A stretch of DNA of 63,996 nt, counting the filler, from Porpidia crustulata (lineage: Eukaryota), in NCBI GenBank assembly GCA_964255105.1. It is 5 parts of 5 records of this genome, joined end to end, with 100 filler letters (N's around TTAATTAATTAA, not from the genome) between each part and the next. Parts side by side here need not be neighbours in the genome. Positions count along the whole stretch, not along the records: positions 1 to 12,736 come from CAXUWE010000493.1; positions 12,837 to 25,570 come from CAXUWE010000494.1; 3 more parts are not named here. One strand, written 5' to 3'. The notes beneath the pieces are model-generated. The model worked only from the letters and a program-made list of their open reading frames with translations, did not search any database and was not told the origin of the DNA. The position numbers and the translations under genes were made by a program. Below are positions 11,116 to 23,121 of the stretch, one piece after another (positions within the stretch are counted from its first letter, which is position 1; each line of letters starts with the position of its first letter).

Positions 11116-12736
11116 CATGTCATTTCATTTGTCACATCGTTCATTCAGGGGACTGCAATTTCAGGCGCATCAGATTGATACAGACTTTGTTCATTTGATT
11201 GGGAGCTCGACGATGAATTTCGATTGCAAGCCGGTACATTATTGCGTGGCCAATATACCCCCTTCGTTATTTTGCTTACAGTAGCGGGCGAGATGAGGGA
11301 GAGTCGTGAGGTTTTAAGGAAGAAGCCGTTTCAATTTCGAAGGGAAGTGGACTGTGAGAATTGTAATACCCTTAGGGTTGGGAACAGCAAGGCATGGGAA
11401 CGGGTTGGATCCAGCTCTCAACTACAACATACCAGACTGACACACTGATAAAGCATACAAGATGAAGTAGTTTCCTTTGGTATCTCTGCTCCCATATTCA
11501 GATGTGGCAGTGCACTTCAAAATGGAATGATATCTTGGCTTTTTGGCAGGACGTAGAATTGAATGAGGCTCTTCGTTCAGGCCTACAAATCTAAATGTTA
11601 GCACCCTAGACTGTCTCAATGGGATGCCCGAGGCCGACTGACAGCCAATCAGCATTGAAATGATCTTGTTATTAAGTACACAAAATACACTAGGTACAGC
11701 ATTTATGTGTCCGAGTGAAAGGGTTCCGATCAGATCCAAATTTAGACCATCTGCCATACACCCGCCGAAACTGTGTCAAATGTCATTGGACGACATCAAT
11801 AGAGTTGTCTCGCTCGCGTTGTTCTAATGACTTTTGACACTCAGTGTAAGATGTCATGATTTGATTCATGATATCAAATCTAGCCCACTATAGCTAGTGC
11901 AATACCCTAGCGGGCGTGCGCAATCGTACCAAAATCGCGTTCATGATTGGTTTCGGAAGGCCATCGCTTAGATAGAACTCCCTTTTTTTGTGAGGGCAAA
12001 CATGTCTCGCATCGTTCTGCCCGATTACTGCCTACCTTATCCAAGACAACCAGACGCAAGCGGAAAGAAAGAGAGACCATTCATGTCGCAAGCGTGAGAA
12101 GAAGAGAATGTCGCTGCATCTTCCGAGGCAATGATTGATTGAGATTGTGAGATTCGTTTTCCTTTGCGCAAGCAGTGGACGTCTCACGCTGGTGTCTGCA
12201 AGCAGCCAGGCCGCCTTCTCGTTCGGAGCTTGCTGTGTTTGGTCTGGGGAGGTTGGGGTTTGGGAGTACCTTAATTATGGCCCCCTGACCCCTGGTGCGA
12301 TCGGTGTTGGTGCGAGAGAAAGGGTAATTGTGTGATGGAGGTTTTGAGTATCATCAACAGGCAGGAGATTGTGAGATGTGATTGTTGCCAGCAGAGCACG
12401 AAGACATCGTTGTTGTGGTTTGTTGGTTGGAATTGTTGCGCAGTGTACGCCAGTAAATAGATGGCGATGGCCTGCCTTGACCCAGCCCCCGAAATAGAAT
12501 GAATCCTCAGATCTGGTCGGCAGGCGAAACGAAAGCGAATGGAAATCCTGAAACAGTCATCACACACTATACCGGATGCAGTGTCTCATCCTGCCAATCA
12601 GATCATCCCGTCTCGGCTACCCGCCACTATTGTTATTATTACTTGGATGTTCTTCTCGTTGACGATCAGACTATTAGGTACTTATTACACCCTAGTCGTG
12701 CCCTAGCAACTGGCCCAACCCCCAAAGTATTCCCTC

Positions 12737-12836
12737 NNNNNNNNNNNNNNNNNNNNNNNNNNNNNNNNNNNNNNNNNNNNTTAATTAATTAANNNNNNNN
12801 NNNNNNNNNNNNNNNNNNNNNNNNNNNNNNNNNNNN
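12737..12836. other. Artificial contig-joining spacer
   Basis: N44-TTAATTAATTAA-N44, giving stops in all six frames. Confidence 0.98.
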
Positions 12837-12977
12837 GTCTTGGGTATTGGTGGCGCAAATAGGGGAAGGAGGGCTTGATAAGGGATGGAATTGTGGGGTA
12901 CAATCCCTCGGCGTGCAATCAGGAATTGGGCCTCCAGCGACGGGCGACTGTGGTCACCAGAAGGGTTTTAAACATAC

Positions 12978-13508
12978 TAGATCCGCCAGAGAATCCAACT
13001 CCTGTCCCATCAGACTGCTCTTTCCCCTCCACCTTGCCACCTTGCCGTCCATAAAGTCAAAGAAAAGCCCAAACGGCATGAATGCCAGCGCCGCCCATAT
13101 ATTCCCGAGGTCCTGGGGCGAACCTAAACAGTACCGCATCGAGCAGAGGATGGACATGAAACCGCAGAAGCCTGGCCATAAGGTGTTAAGCCGTGACTTT
13201 GAAAAAACGAGGGAGTTCACGTCGACGAACCATTGAGCTCGGTGATGAGGTCGGCAAGATGCAGGGCCCTGATTGTCGTGGTCAGAGAACGCGGTCGGGG
13301 TATGGGTGAGGGAGACCTGGGGGAAAGCTTACTTGATCATGGAGAAGTGGCCGCTATTAGATTCGAGGAGCCTTTTCTGCTTATCTTGGCCTAGAAGCCG
13401 TCAATACCATACTACAATGCAAGAGACAGAGGAAAACAGACTGCCTTGAGCTGAGCTATTGGACTGGGCATTGGCGCCGCCATTTGCGGCTTTGGGTCGC
13501 AGGGACAT
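12978..13508 (-). CDS. CHO1: CDP-diacylglycerol--serine O-phosphatidyltransferase (phosphatidylserine synthase), 5' part only; truncated by contig end
   Basis: Spliced translation MSLRPK...[26 protein letters not shown]...[29 protein letters not shown] (CDP-alcohol phosphotransferase motif DG..AR...G..LD...D). An intron starting GTATGT at 12977 runs to the contig edge. Confidence 0.92.
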
Positions 13509-14281
13509 TACAGGAGCTTGTGCGTCGGAAGGCAGGCGATTGACTGTACGGAGAACCTGAAGGACGCAGAGAGCAAGGTGATGGGAAAGAAATTCCGTTC
13601 AAGGACGTTTCTCAAGGATTGTTTAGGGATATATGTGGGTTTAGCTTTCCAAGTTTCATGGCCAAAAACTGGTGCTCACCCGGCTATGACACACACTCAC
13701 CAATTCTTAAGCTAGCTGATGATAGTTAGGTTGCTATTCCAATCATTCTATTCGTACTCTTGTCTCACAAAGCTTCACTCGCACGATCAAATATGCAGAG
13801 TCTAATGCTTCACAAAGTCTGACTCTGAAGTGGGCAATCGCTGGAAAAGGCAGCGAATCGCCAGGATCGATTTCGCCACATCGAAAATGGTAGTCCATCA
13901 AAAAAGTAATTGTAATAGACCTTCGAACCTGTCCAGTAACAATTTGGCTTTGGACAGACTTCCAAACACTTTGATAATCTGTATTATGCCGTCTCAATAC
14001 GGCAGAGTATATTGGACATCTTCTATCAAAACACAACTCAAGGCCAAGGGGGTGTTCTAGAGTACACGCACTAACGGGAGTAATGGAAGGGAACGTTGTA
14101 TGTACCACTCGTGCTATTTCAGATTCCATAGCCCGCTTCCCTTGGGCTTTGATATCTCGTCACACGTCACCTTTACGCCGGGACCATGAATAATACAGTG
14201 AGAACGGGATCCTTTGAAGAAACCCGGTATGCTTAGTTTAAAAGGCGCTAAAGAGCAGACAAAGATGGATTTGTACTTCAA

Positions 14282-15295
14282 TCATGTACCGTCAGGGTTT
14301 GTCACCTATGTTTAGATTAGTTGTGCTCAAGAATGTGTGAGGAACGGAGGAACAAACCTTGAGAATTCTCCTCGAATAGTCTTGATTGTCGGCAATGCTT
14401 CCGTCGCTCTGCCTCCTCTGCATCAGAACAGACGGTTCTAGACGCGAATCCGACATCGAAGAGTGATTAGTCGGTTTGCCGCTGGCAACAAAGTTCCCGG
14501 CCTGATTTCGACGATATTCATTCTCCAACGCTCTTCGTTTCCGGTTGCGTAAAAAGAAGTAAACTCCACCGGCCATGGCGCAAATGGCCACAATGCCGAC
14601 GACAGCACCAGCAGCAATGGCAGCTGTGTTGCTTTTCGGTTTGGGGGCAGGAGTTGGTGAAACTGTTGTTGAAGGACTTTGCGTTTGACCCGGTGCGGTT
14701 ATAACCACCGTGCTTGCTTTTGTGACGGTAGAAGGGGGCCCATTGGTGGTTGGAGCGGGGGTGGTTGCAGCTGACGTAGCCGAGCTGGAAGGTGGTGCAG
14801 TTGCGGCGATCGAGCTTGAGCTTGAACTTCCACTTCCTCCTACATTGCCGACAGAATTGTCTTGTCCTGTCAAATATACTGACCATACACTTGATCCACC
14901 ACCTAATGCGATATTAGCAAGGGAGCAGTGGCGAACGGTGTTGATGATGAAGACTTACACATATCCTTGTCATATCCATTGCATTTTGAATTGCATTGTG
15001 AGTCTGAAACTTTGCTCGATGCATCGGGCAGCAAGTCACCACACCAACAATTTGATCCTTTGGTCGTTGCCATGACCGCCTTTTGAAGCCCAAGACATTT
15101 CTGTTGACAGTATCCGGGTGACTGGTATGTCCAAGATCCTTGATCACTCAGCGGGTTCGACGATGAAAAACACCCCGAATATGTATACACGCCAGCAGCG
15201 ACAGAAGGGGTTGCCGAGTCCTGTGCCAGGATGGGTGTGAAAGCACATAGGACAGAAAAGACCGTTGCCGCGGCCACCGATGGTATCGAAAACAT
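14282..15295 (-). CDS. WSC-domain cell-wall integrity sensor (Wsc1/WscA-like), 3 coding exons
   Basis: Signal peptide, Cys-rich WSC domain (YSGCF...GYCQQKC...CWCG...CNSKCNGY...CGG), S/T-rich stalk, one TM helix (AIAAGAVVGIVAICAMAGGVYFFL), tail DNQDYSRRILKVTNPD; stop TGA 14282-14284. Confidence 0.92.
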
Positions 15296-16994
15296 AGTGG
15301 GGTGTATGTGTGTATGTGAAAGACCGGTCACTAAGGCCGGTCGCTGTGTTATGAAAAAAGTAAGGTTGTTATCTATAGGAACAAGGCGTCAGTATAAGGA
15401 TTTCGCAAAGTCTGGACATCAAAGTCGCGAAGTATAAATAATCTGGGTGTTGCAGAGGGTGTCGTACCTTGATATTATTGAAAGGTTGGCGGAGGTTTTC
15501 ACGATCCGAGACCAGAAAGTGAAGAATCCTTTGTTTGCGTGACACGGGCGCTTGTCTTTGTGATGTACGGCGAAACCAAAACGTAGCGACAATCAGTGAA
15601 GATGTCGAGCCTTGTGATTGTTTTACTCTGTGAGAAGGCGAATTGACATCGGTTGTCCAACTTCCAGACGGCTTATTGTCCAACGCGTTATCCAGAACTT
15701 CGAACTGCCAGCAGCCCCTTGACTCTCCAGTATTCTATTACTTTGTGTGGATTTGGAGTAGATTGATAATGTCGGTTGTGATCGTTGCCCTCTGAGTATT
15801 TGGGAGAGGGGGTGACTCGGAATGTGGGTGAAGTTTCAGATTATCGCTCTCGTAAACCCCTTAAGCATCACGTAGAGTATAACGACAGTAGCTTCCCTTA
15901 GCAGAAAGGGAACGAGTGAAGGTGAACGAATGACTCTCAGCAGGCGTTGCTGAACAACGATATAGAATGAAGAGAGCAAGAAGAGATTTCGTCGTCACGG
16001 CATCGACAAACACAAATGAGGTCTTTTAGATTTGGGTCGAGGGAAGAGGATGGAACAGGAAGGGGAGGAGGGAAAAGCGCTAGAGTGCTCGAGTACTAGC
16101 GGGAGTCTGGGAACGAAATTACTGGGTGGCTTAGGTAAGTAGATAGTCAAAGAGCAGCAGTTTCATTGGCTTTCATGACTAGCATCTCTTGGCAACTCCC
16201 CGATCCGGCTTAAGGCCAGAACTGCCGCTGTCTTCACTGTCTCCACGTCTCTCATCCGCCAATCAACGTCACTAACGATGAAGATTACGAGGTCAGTTGG
16301 TGTCACATCGGCAGTTTAAGTCGATTAATTTGCCTACTTTAATAATTATGCAGTAGATCAGGCATTTTGAATCAAATGTTGAATCGATATCGGCTCTATT
16401 TGTTTATGCCTTTCACTTCACTACAATTGCTGTAATCATACACAGTATTTCTTTTTGTACTTATTTACAGCCTGTTGCATCACGCCCGAGGTCTCCGTGA
16501 TCCCATGTCATCCCATAGTTGTCATCCATGTGCCATCCAATGATAACGATGAATTGCACGGAACGTTCACTCCCCCGTTCGGCCGCACCTTCTTAGGCCC
16601 CCGGCGCGACTTACGTAGTACAAGCGCTTCAAGCAGATGCTCCGACGGATGTTTCATCGCACATGCTAAAATGTCATCTTCTGCCGACGGAAGCTTCATA
16701 GTGATTACTCAGACGGGCGACGTCTGCTTCTCGACACTCAGAGCACATGATCGGAGGGATGCGACGTGAAGCATAGACTACAAACGTAGATTGCAAGGTG
16801 GGAAGAGTAACGGTGCTTCAAGTGTTTATAATCCAGAGACGACAGAGCGCAAATATGCACCTACTCTATACAAATACCAGCCAGTGGACTGATGCGTGCT
16901 TGAGACAACCTCATCCAGATCAATATTATAGAAATTTTCTTTCCCGCAAACTTGACGTTCATCATACACACGCTGAGAAAATCCCGCTAGTGAC

Positions 16995-19900
16995 CTAGTT
17001 ATAGTACCTTGGCTCATCAAAGACATGATACCGGTGATCTCGCACGCCGCCGCCTCGGAAAATCGAAGGGAAGCGTTGGCCGGGTGGCACTTGCTCCTCG
17101 CTGATGCGCTCATCACCCCCTTCCGGCTGACCTACGATGAATTTGCCCACCTAGACCCTTCTATTTAGCACTCGTCAAAAGGTTTCGAGGGCGTTGGGCA
17201 TTTACCTGGATTTCCGTATCCGTGATCGTAGACCTGCTCACACGCGCATAACCTGATCGCTTGATGCCCTTGAACAAGATATACTCGCACCATCTGTCCC
17301 AGTCGCTGGCATCAATATCCTTCATCCCACTCCTCTCACTCACAAATGTGTGGTAATTGCCCTCCTGCGGCTTCATGACCAAGTAGCTCAACAGGATCGT
17401 CGGCCTCGGCGAATCTCCCATCAGCTTCTCCAGGTATGCTGCTTGTTGTCTCCTGTCTTCCACGTCTTCCTCTTGACCACCGTGATATACAATGACGTCA
17501 ACAAGCTCTCCGTAGCAATCAAGTGTTGCGTAAATTGCTGGAGCTAGCTCGCCCACGGGTGACGGAAGTAAATGGTGCGTCGAATTGACTATCGGAAACT
17601 TTGACAGCAGAGCAGCGCCCCATGTATGCTTGTTGGGACCTGGCCCGACATCCACATACATGCCAAGATCCTCAGCAAGATACTGGGTCGTATCACGGTT
17701 GCCCATGATTATCCGCTGAAGGTCTGTTTCCAGAAGTCCGACCACATCGACTTCAAGCTCCTTCACCAGATCGCGTATACGCCGCTCAGATGACCACATG
17801 TTGTTGTCAATTGAGAAATGAATAGTCCAGATCCCAGCTGTGATGACCTTCTCGTCCTTGTGGTATGGCACGTAATCATTAGTAGGGAAGCGTAGATACG
17901 ATATAGACACTGCGAGTAGCTCCAGGAATGTGAGAATGTAAACGTAGTAAGATATGGCCTTGCTTGGGCCATCCTTGCCGGTCCTTCTTCGTGGCTTCGA
18001 AGGACTTTCTTGCTTTGGTAAATTGAATACACCAGCTCCGATGAGTAACACAATGGCCGTCATAATCCAATCGGTATGCTCACGGAAGAAAGGCCCTCCA
18101 GGTACGAAAGCATAGGCAACCACCCATACGTGAGCAAGGACCAGAAGATTATAGACGAAGAACCCCAGACCAAATGTTAGAGGACCGTGAGGTGCGGCAA
18201 CAATGATGAGAGCTGGAGCCGAAGCCATCAAATTACTAGCCAGCAACAGGGCACCGAGGTAGCCTGTCCAGTTTTCGTAGCTCGTGACTAGGAAAGCTCC
18301 AAGGCTAATCAAAGTAAGAGTTGCCAAGTTCGAAAATCGGTCTTGGAGAACGATACCAATCACCAAACCGAATCCCATCGCAGCTAGGGTGAGGACACCA
18401 TTGGCTGCTATGGGCCCTTTGATTGGGAAACCTGACCATACCCAGATTATCATAGTGCTGGAGTCTGAAAGAAGCGAATGCATTCCGAAGAATAAACCAC
18501 CTAAGCCAAGACCAGCCAATAGGGGAGAACCTTTGGGTCTAACGGCTGAAGGAAGCCCACCACGATTGTCGGTCGTACGTCTAGTGGTCCTCAATACAGC
18601 GAGTATGGCCAGGGCCAAGCCGAGCTTATTCCAACCACCATTCTCCGCGTGCATAATGGGCCAAATGGGGTTATTGGTCCAGAAAGCGAATTTGGCAATG
18701 CTCGACGCGATCAGACCCATAGCAAAGGCCATGGCTCTAGATTCAAGCCGAGCTGGTTGGGCTCGTTCCGCAAAGAGTGTCGCTGACCAGGCCAGGCAGC
18801 TCATCGAAACACTAAATGCTACGGAGAAGAAACGGAAGGTTGGGTCCTGAACAAGGTAGGCTGCCAAGCCAACTAGTGAAGAAAGATGTACAAAACGTAG
18901 ATTCTTGATAACTATAGTGCGGAGCGATCCTATGCCCAGCAAGAAGGGCGAGACAGTACACATGACCATGCCTTCATAGCCAGAGAGACCCATTGACCAC
19001 AATGGAAAGTCTACGAAATTCAGCAACGTAGTGATCGAACTCAGGGAGGGGCGACTTACACCAGATACTGACGCCGAGCGAAGTTAGTAAAGACCAAAAG
19101 ACAAACTATGACCAACATTAGAACTTGCACTGATGATAGGCCCGCTGCAAAACTTACGCCATTGTATACATCTGCGCATGCATCGAGAGCTTCGGCCCAG
19201 GACAAGCTTGAGCCAAGTAGTCTGCCGATAGGCTTATCCTTCCTAAAGCAAAATAAGCTGTAAAGATAGACCATTCATAGTAGATGATACATACTCCTTC
19301 TCCAATACGGCATCGGTAACTTGCTGCTTAACACTAGTGGTCAAAGCTGATCAGTTGTTGTCGCGGTGAGAGAGTACTTTGCCATCGTACATTTGGTTAT
19401 CTTGGAAGCCAATTCACGTACCCTCTGCTGGACCCTTTGACATCTCGAATCACAAGCTCGAAACCTTCAAAATCCAGCGCAGTTATGGCATCGAAACCAA
19501 CGTCGAAAAGGACAAGTGACCACTCGAAAAATGCATAGATCGTATAGGCTATGATGTATCAGCCACATATCAAGGCATTTCGACCAGGATATGTTTCACC
19601 CCCTGCTACCCTGTGCACCTTATGTTGAATGAAAAAATATATCATAGGTACCAATGTACCGAAGAAGCAGCTGGCTAGTATCTTTCTGTACCTAAGGGCT
19701 CTCTGATTATTTGGGCTGAGCGCTAAGCATCCTACCGTCCATGGAACCGTAGCCACCAAATAAGAGATCATAAAGATGTCATGCCAGCCATGATCATCAG
19801 TCGATGTAACATAGGTCCATCCACCGCAAGTCACTGTTCGGAATACTCCAACACCAGCCACAAATCTGGGCAGGACCGAGTTTGGTCGCGCCGTAAGGAT

Positions 19901-20291
19901 ATACCAGAGGAAAACGAGGGCAAATCGGGGACCTGGAATGCCAGATTAGCTTTCAGACGCTCACCAAAAATAAGGCAAATACTCGCCTGATGTGATTGCT
20001 ATGAAGAATTGAAAGACGGAACGCTCAGGATATCGATCACCAATTGTAGCAGAGACAGAAGGGAACCATTCGTCAGGGTAGCCCTTTGAAGCACCATTAG
20101 TATCAATGCCAGTAGCAGATTACAAGGAATCTCACGAAATATTCGTTTTCCACTATTTTGTGGTAATGGAGATACAAGCCAGTGAACAATGCCCCCAGAA
20201 AGGCAGCATATGCCACGATGGTGTGAGTCCAGGAGATCCATTTCCCTGACAGGGCTACCACAGCCTCTCCGTCTTTGTATCTGGGGCCCAT
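16995..20291 (-). CDS. CWH43: Calcofluor white hypersensitive protein (GPI-anchor lipid remodelase; Frag1/PGAP2-like N-terminus plus C-terminal EEP-like domain), multi-exon
   Basis: N-terminus [22 protein letters not shown]-terminus [53 protein letters not shown]...[13 protein letters not shown]. Confidence 0.95.
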
Positions 20292-20536
20292 GATCGTACT
20301 AGGCTCTCAACTAAATAGAAATGTGCTTTGAATACCAGCCGAGAAATCTAAGAAGCAGAAGTCGTAAAGAACGTGGGGATCTGGTTGGAGCTGTTGACGG
20401 TAATAATTTTGTTTCGAGAGGCACAGAAGGCCACCACGCGAGACCCTGGGCTAGAGCTGCATTTCGATCGTCAAATTGTCACAACGAAACTTCCACAATT
20501 AATGACTCTGTATTACCTACACTACAAAACCCTGAT

Positions 20537-21963
20537 ATGGCCGGCGCAAGTGACAAAGCGCGCTTCTATTTAGAACAGTTTATTCCAGAGTTACAAGATC
20601 TTCAGCGAAAAAAGATCTTCTCAGAGGTACAGTATATGAAGCTCCGTCTTCCTCGCGAGATCTAATTTCTAGACAGAAGGAAATAACCTCAATTGCCAAA
20701 AGGAGGTCAGACTTTGAGCATAGACTCAATGCGCGTGGCTCACAGCCCTCCGACTACGCTCGCTACTCGGAATATGAGATGAATCTTGAGTCGTTGCGGC
20801 GGAAGCGGGTTCATCGAATGGGCGTAAAAACCCAAGGACATGCTGGGCAGCGGCGAATCTTCTTCGTTCTTGATCGCGCAACCAGGAAGTTTCATGGGGA
20901 TGTGGGACTCTGGATGCAATATCTTGGCTTTGCGAGGCAGCAGAAAGCAGGAAAGAAGGTTTCTCAGATCCTCACGAGTGTACTCAGACTTCACCCCACC
21001 AAGCCGGAATTATGGATCTACGCCGCAAATTATGCCATGGACGAGCGTGGTGATATGACAGAGGCTAGAAGCTACATGCAGAGGGGTCTCCGATTCTGCA
21101 AATATTCGCGACATCTATGGCTCGAATACGCAAGGTTGGAGATGATTTATATTGCTAAGATAGCAGGACGGCGGCAGATCTTGGGACTCGGTGATGCACC
21201 CTCGAGGAAAAACATCGTGTCAAAGAAGGATCTAACCGACGCTGAAGCCATACCTTCCCTCACGCTAACCATCGCAGACGTTGATCCTAATCAACAGATT
21301 GACGAGGATGATACTCGAGTCGCATCGCAAAGGCTTAGCGACACCCCAGCCCTCTTAAGCGCTATTCCGATGACCATTTTCGACGCAGCCGTTGAGCAGT
21401 TTGAAGGAGACGCTAATCTTGGTAAAGAATTCTTTGATATGGTGACCGAATTCCAAGGCATACCTTTCGCGAGCAAGATACTGCGTCATATTGTTGATGT
21501 ACTACTTAGCACAGCACCAACAAGTCCCGCCGCTTTGATTTGCTTCATACGCGAGCCGGTGATTGGCGTTGACATCTTGTCAGCGAAGTTTCCCCGAGCA
21601 TTGAATGTTGCATTAGATCGCTTGAGAACGACCTTGCAAGACACCCTACCACTTCCCGTCTCAGCCAAGGATACACGACCTTGGATCTTGCTCAGCGAAG
21701 GCATTGTTGACTGGCTTTTGCTCATGGTTGCGGTAGGAGATATTGACCAGGACATTCGTGTGGTCCTAGAAGTCACGCTCCGAAAAGTACTTGTCCAGTA
21801 CCGAACAGCCCTTCAGCAGGTCTCTGGAAGCGACAACAGTAGCATCGCCGAGCTTGCCGCTAAGCTGTGCGAGAAAGGCTTCAACGAGCTAGCAGAGCCG
21901 TTCATATCATTGGGCTTGCGAATGTCGCCCCATGATCGGCGTTTCTTGAGTCTTCGGGATTAG
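20537..21963 (+). CDS. UTP6: U3 snoRNA-associated protein 6 (HAT repeats), 2 exons
   Basis: MAGASDKARFYLEQFIPELQDLQRKKIFSE-(intron)-EITSIAKRRSDFEHRLNARGS...YSEYEMNLESLRRKR...RIFFVLDRATRKF...LRLHPTKPELW. Confidence 0.93.
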
Positions 21964-21986
21964 GAAATTGATGAGAACAAGAGCCC

Positions 21987-22691
21987 TCAATATGATGGGC
22001 GACTGCCTTTTCGAGCAGCTTTCTTGCTGCTGTGGCTCTTCTTGAATCTCAGCCTAGCCTCATTCTCGCGTCGTTGCCTGTAAACGTGAACAATCAAGTC
22101 ATGTAGGAAAAAGATATTAAGGAGGTCAGCTCACAGTTTCTTCACCCTTTCTATATGTTCGGGCGATACTTCTCCCCTTACCACCGTTTTTCCAGCAGTG
22201 GCGATAATGTCTCGTAATTTTGTGAAGGCTTCTTCCACGTTGTCGCTTTGCCTTCGACTGCTATCTGCTTGGATTACCAGGGCCTGCGATCGTTGAGCGT
22301 GAAATCGCGACTCTTTGATCTGTTGGTGGAGGATCTTCGGAACAATGGGTAGCAGGTCTTTCAAGAGTAGGCGAAGCGTAGCCTTGGAGTTCACCCTTTT
22401 AACAATGAGCGCCACTAATAGCCTTTATGAAATGTAGATATAATGATAAGTTTCTTACTTATTTACATTCTGTCCACCAGGACCAGAAGACCGACTGAAC
22501 GTGATTTCACACAGTCGACGTGGTATTGTGGATGTATTATATTTGCTCAACCATGTCCTTGCTACAGCATGATCTTCCTCCGAGTGTTCTTCTGCGTGAG
22601 TGGTGGGAGAAGACGCCCACCTGAGCTGCTGTGTATTCTGATGGCCAATCCTTACGAAGTGTGGAACATTAGCTATTCTCGACCGTATCAT
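21987..22691 (-). CDS. PTH4: Mitochondrial codon-independent peptidyl-tRNA hydrolase (ICT1/ArfB-like), 3 exons
   Basis: FSRSSGPGGQNVNK (GGQ motif), VNSKATL, SRRQSDN, basic tail RLRFKKSHSSKKAARK; stop TGA 21987-21989. Confidence 0.9.
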
Positions 22692-23121
22692 AGCCACAGA
22701 AATATATTTTGAATTTTACAATCGAAAAATGAATTGGCTTTGGCTATGCAGTTGCTGAGAGTTGACATGTTACCTAGTTGATGTATTTGCCTACACGTGA
22801 CCCTTCGCACTAGGTCATTATCATGAAAATTACGATGGAAAATTGTCAACACCAACGTCTAATATCAACAGTTTCTTCACACTTGGGCTCTTCATCCAAC
22901 GACGTAAGGTGCGACACTGAATGACTCTCACAAATTACTAGTACCATGCCTTATGATAGCCATTCGAGACGGCCCCTTTTGTGATCTCTCAAATTATCTG
23001 CGACTACAACCCTTCATGTTGGCTACCCAAGCTATCATCAACCTCTATTCCCACTCACGTTTGCTGAAGACCTACCCTCTACATATCCTTTTTTGCACTT
23101 GGTACATTTGCACTTGGTACA

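Noticed and set aside
12781..12792. Repeated TTAATTAATTAA palindromes at regular spacing
   Set aside because: Always flanked by exactly 44 Ns on each side; an assembly linker, not a biological repeat or CRISPR.
17101..17125. Possible frameshift in the last CWH43 exon
   Set aside because: Recounting the G5 run gives an in-frame [20 protein letters not shown]...YYN*; no lesion.
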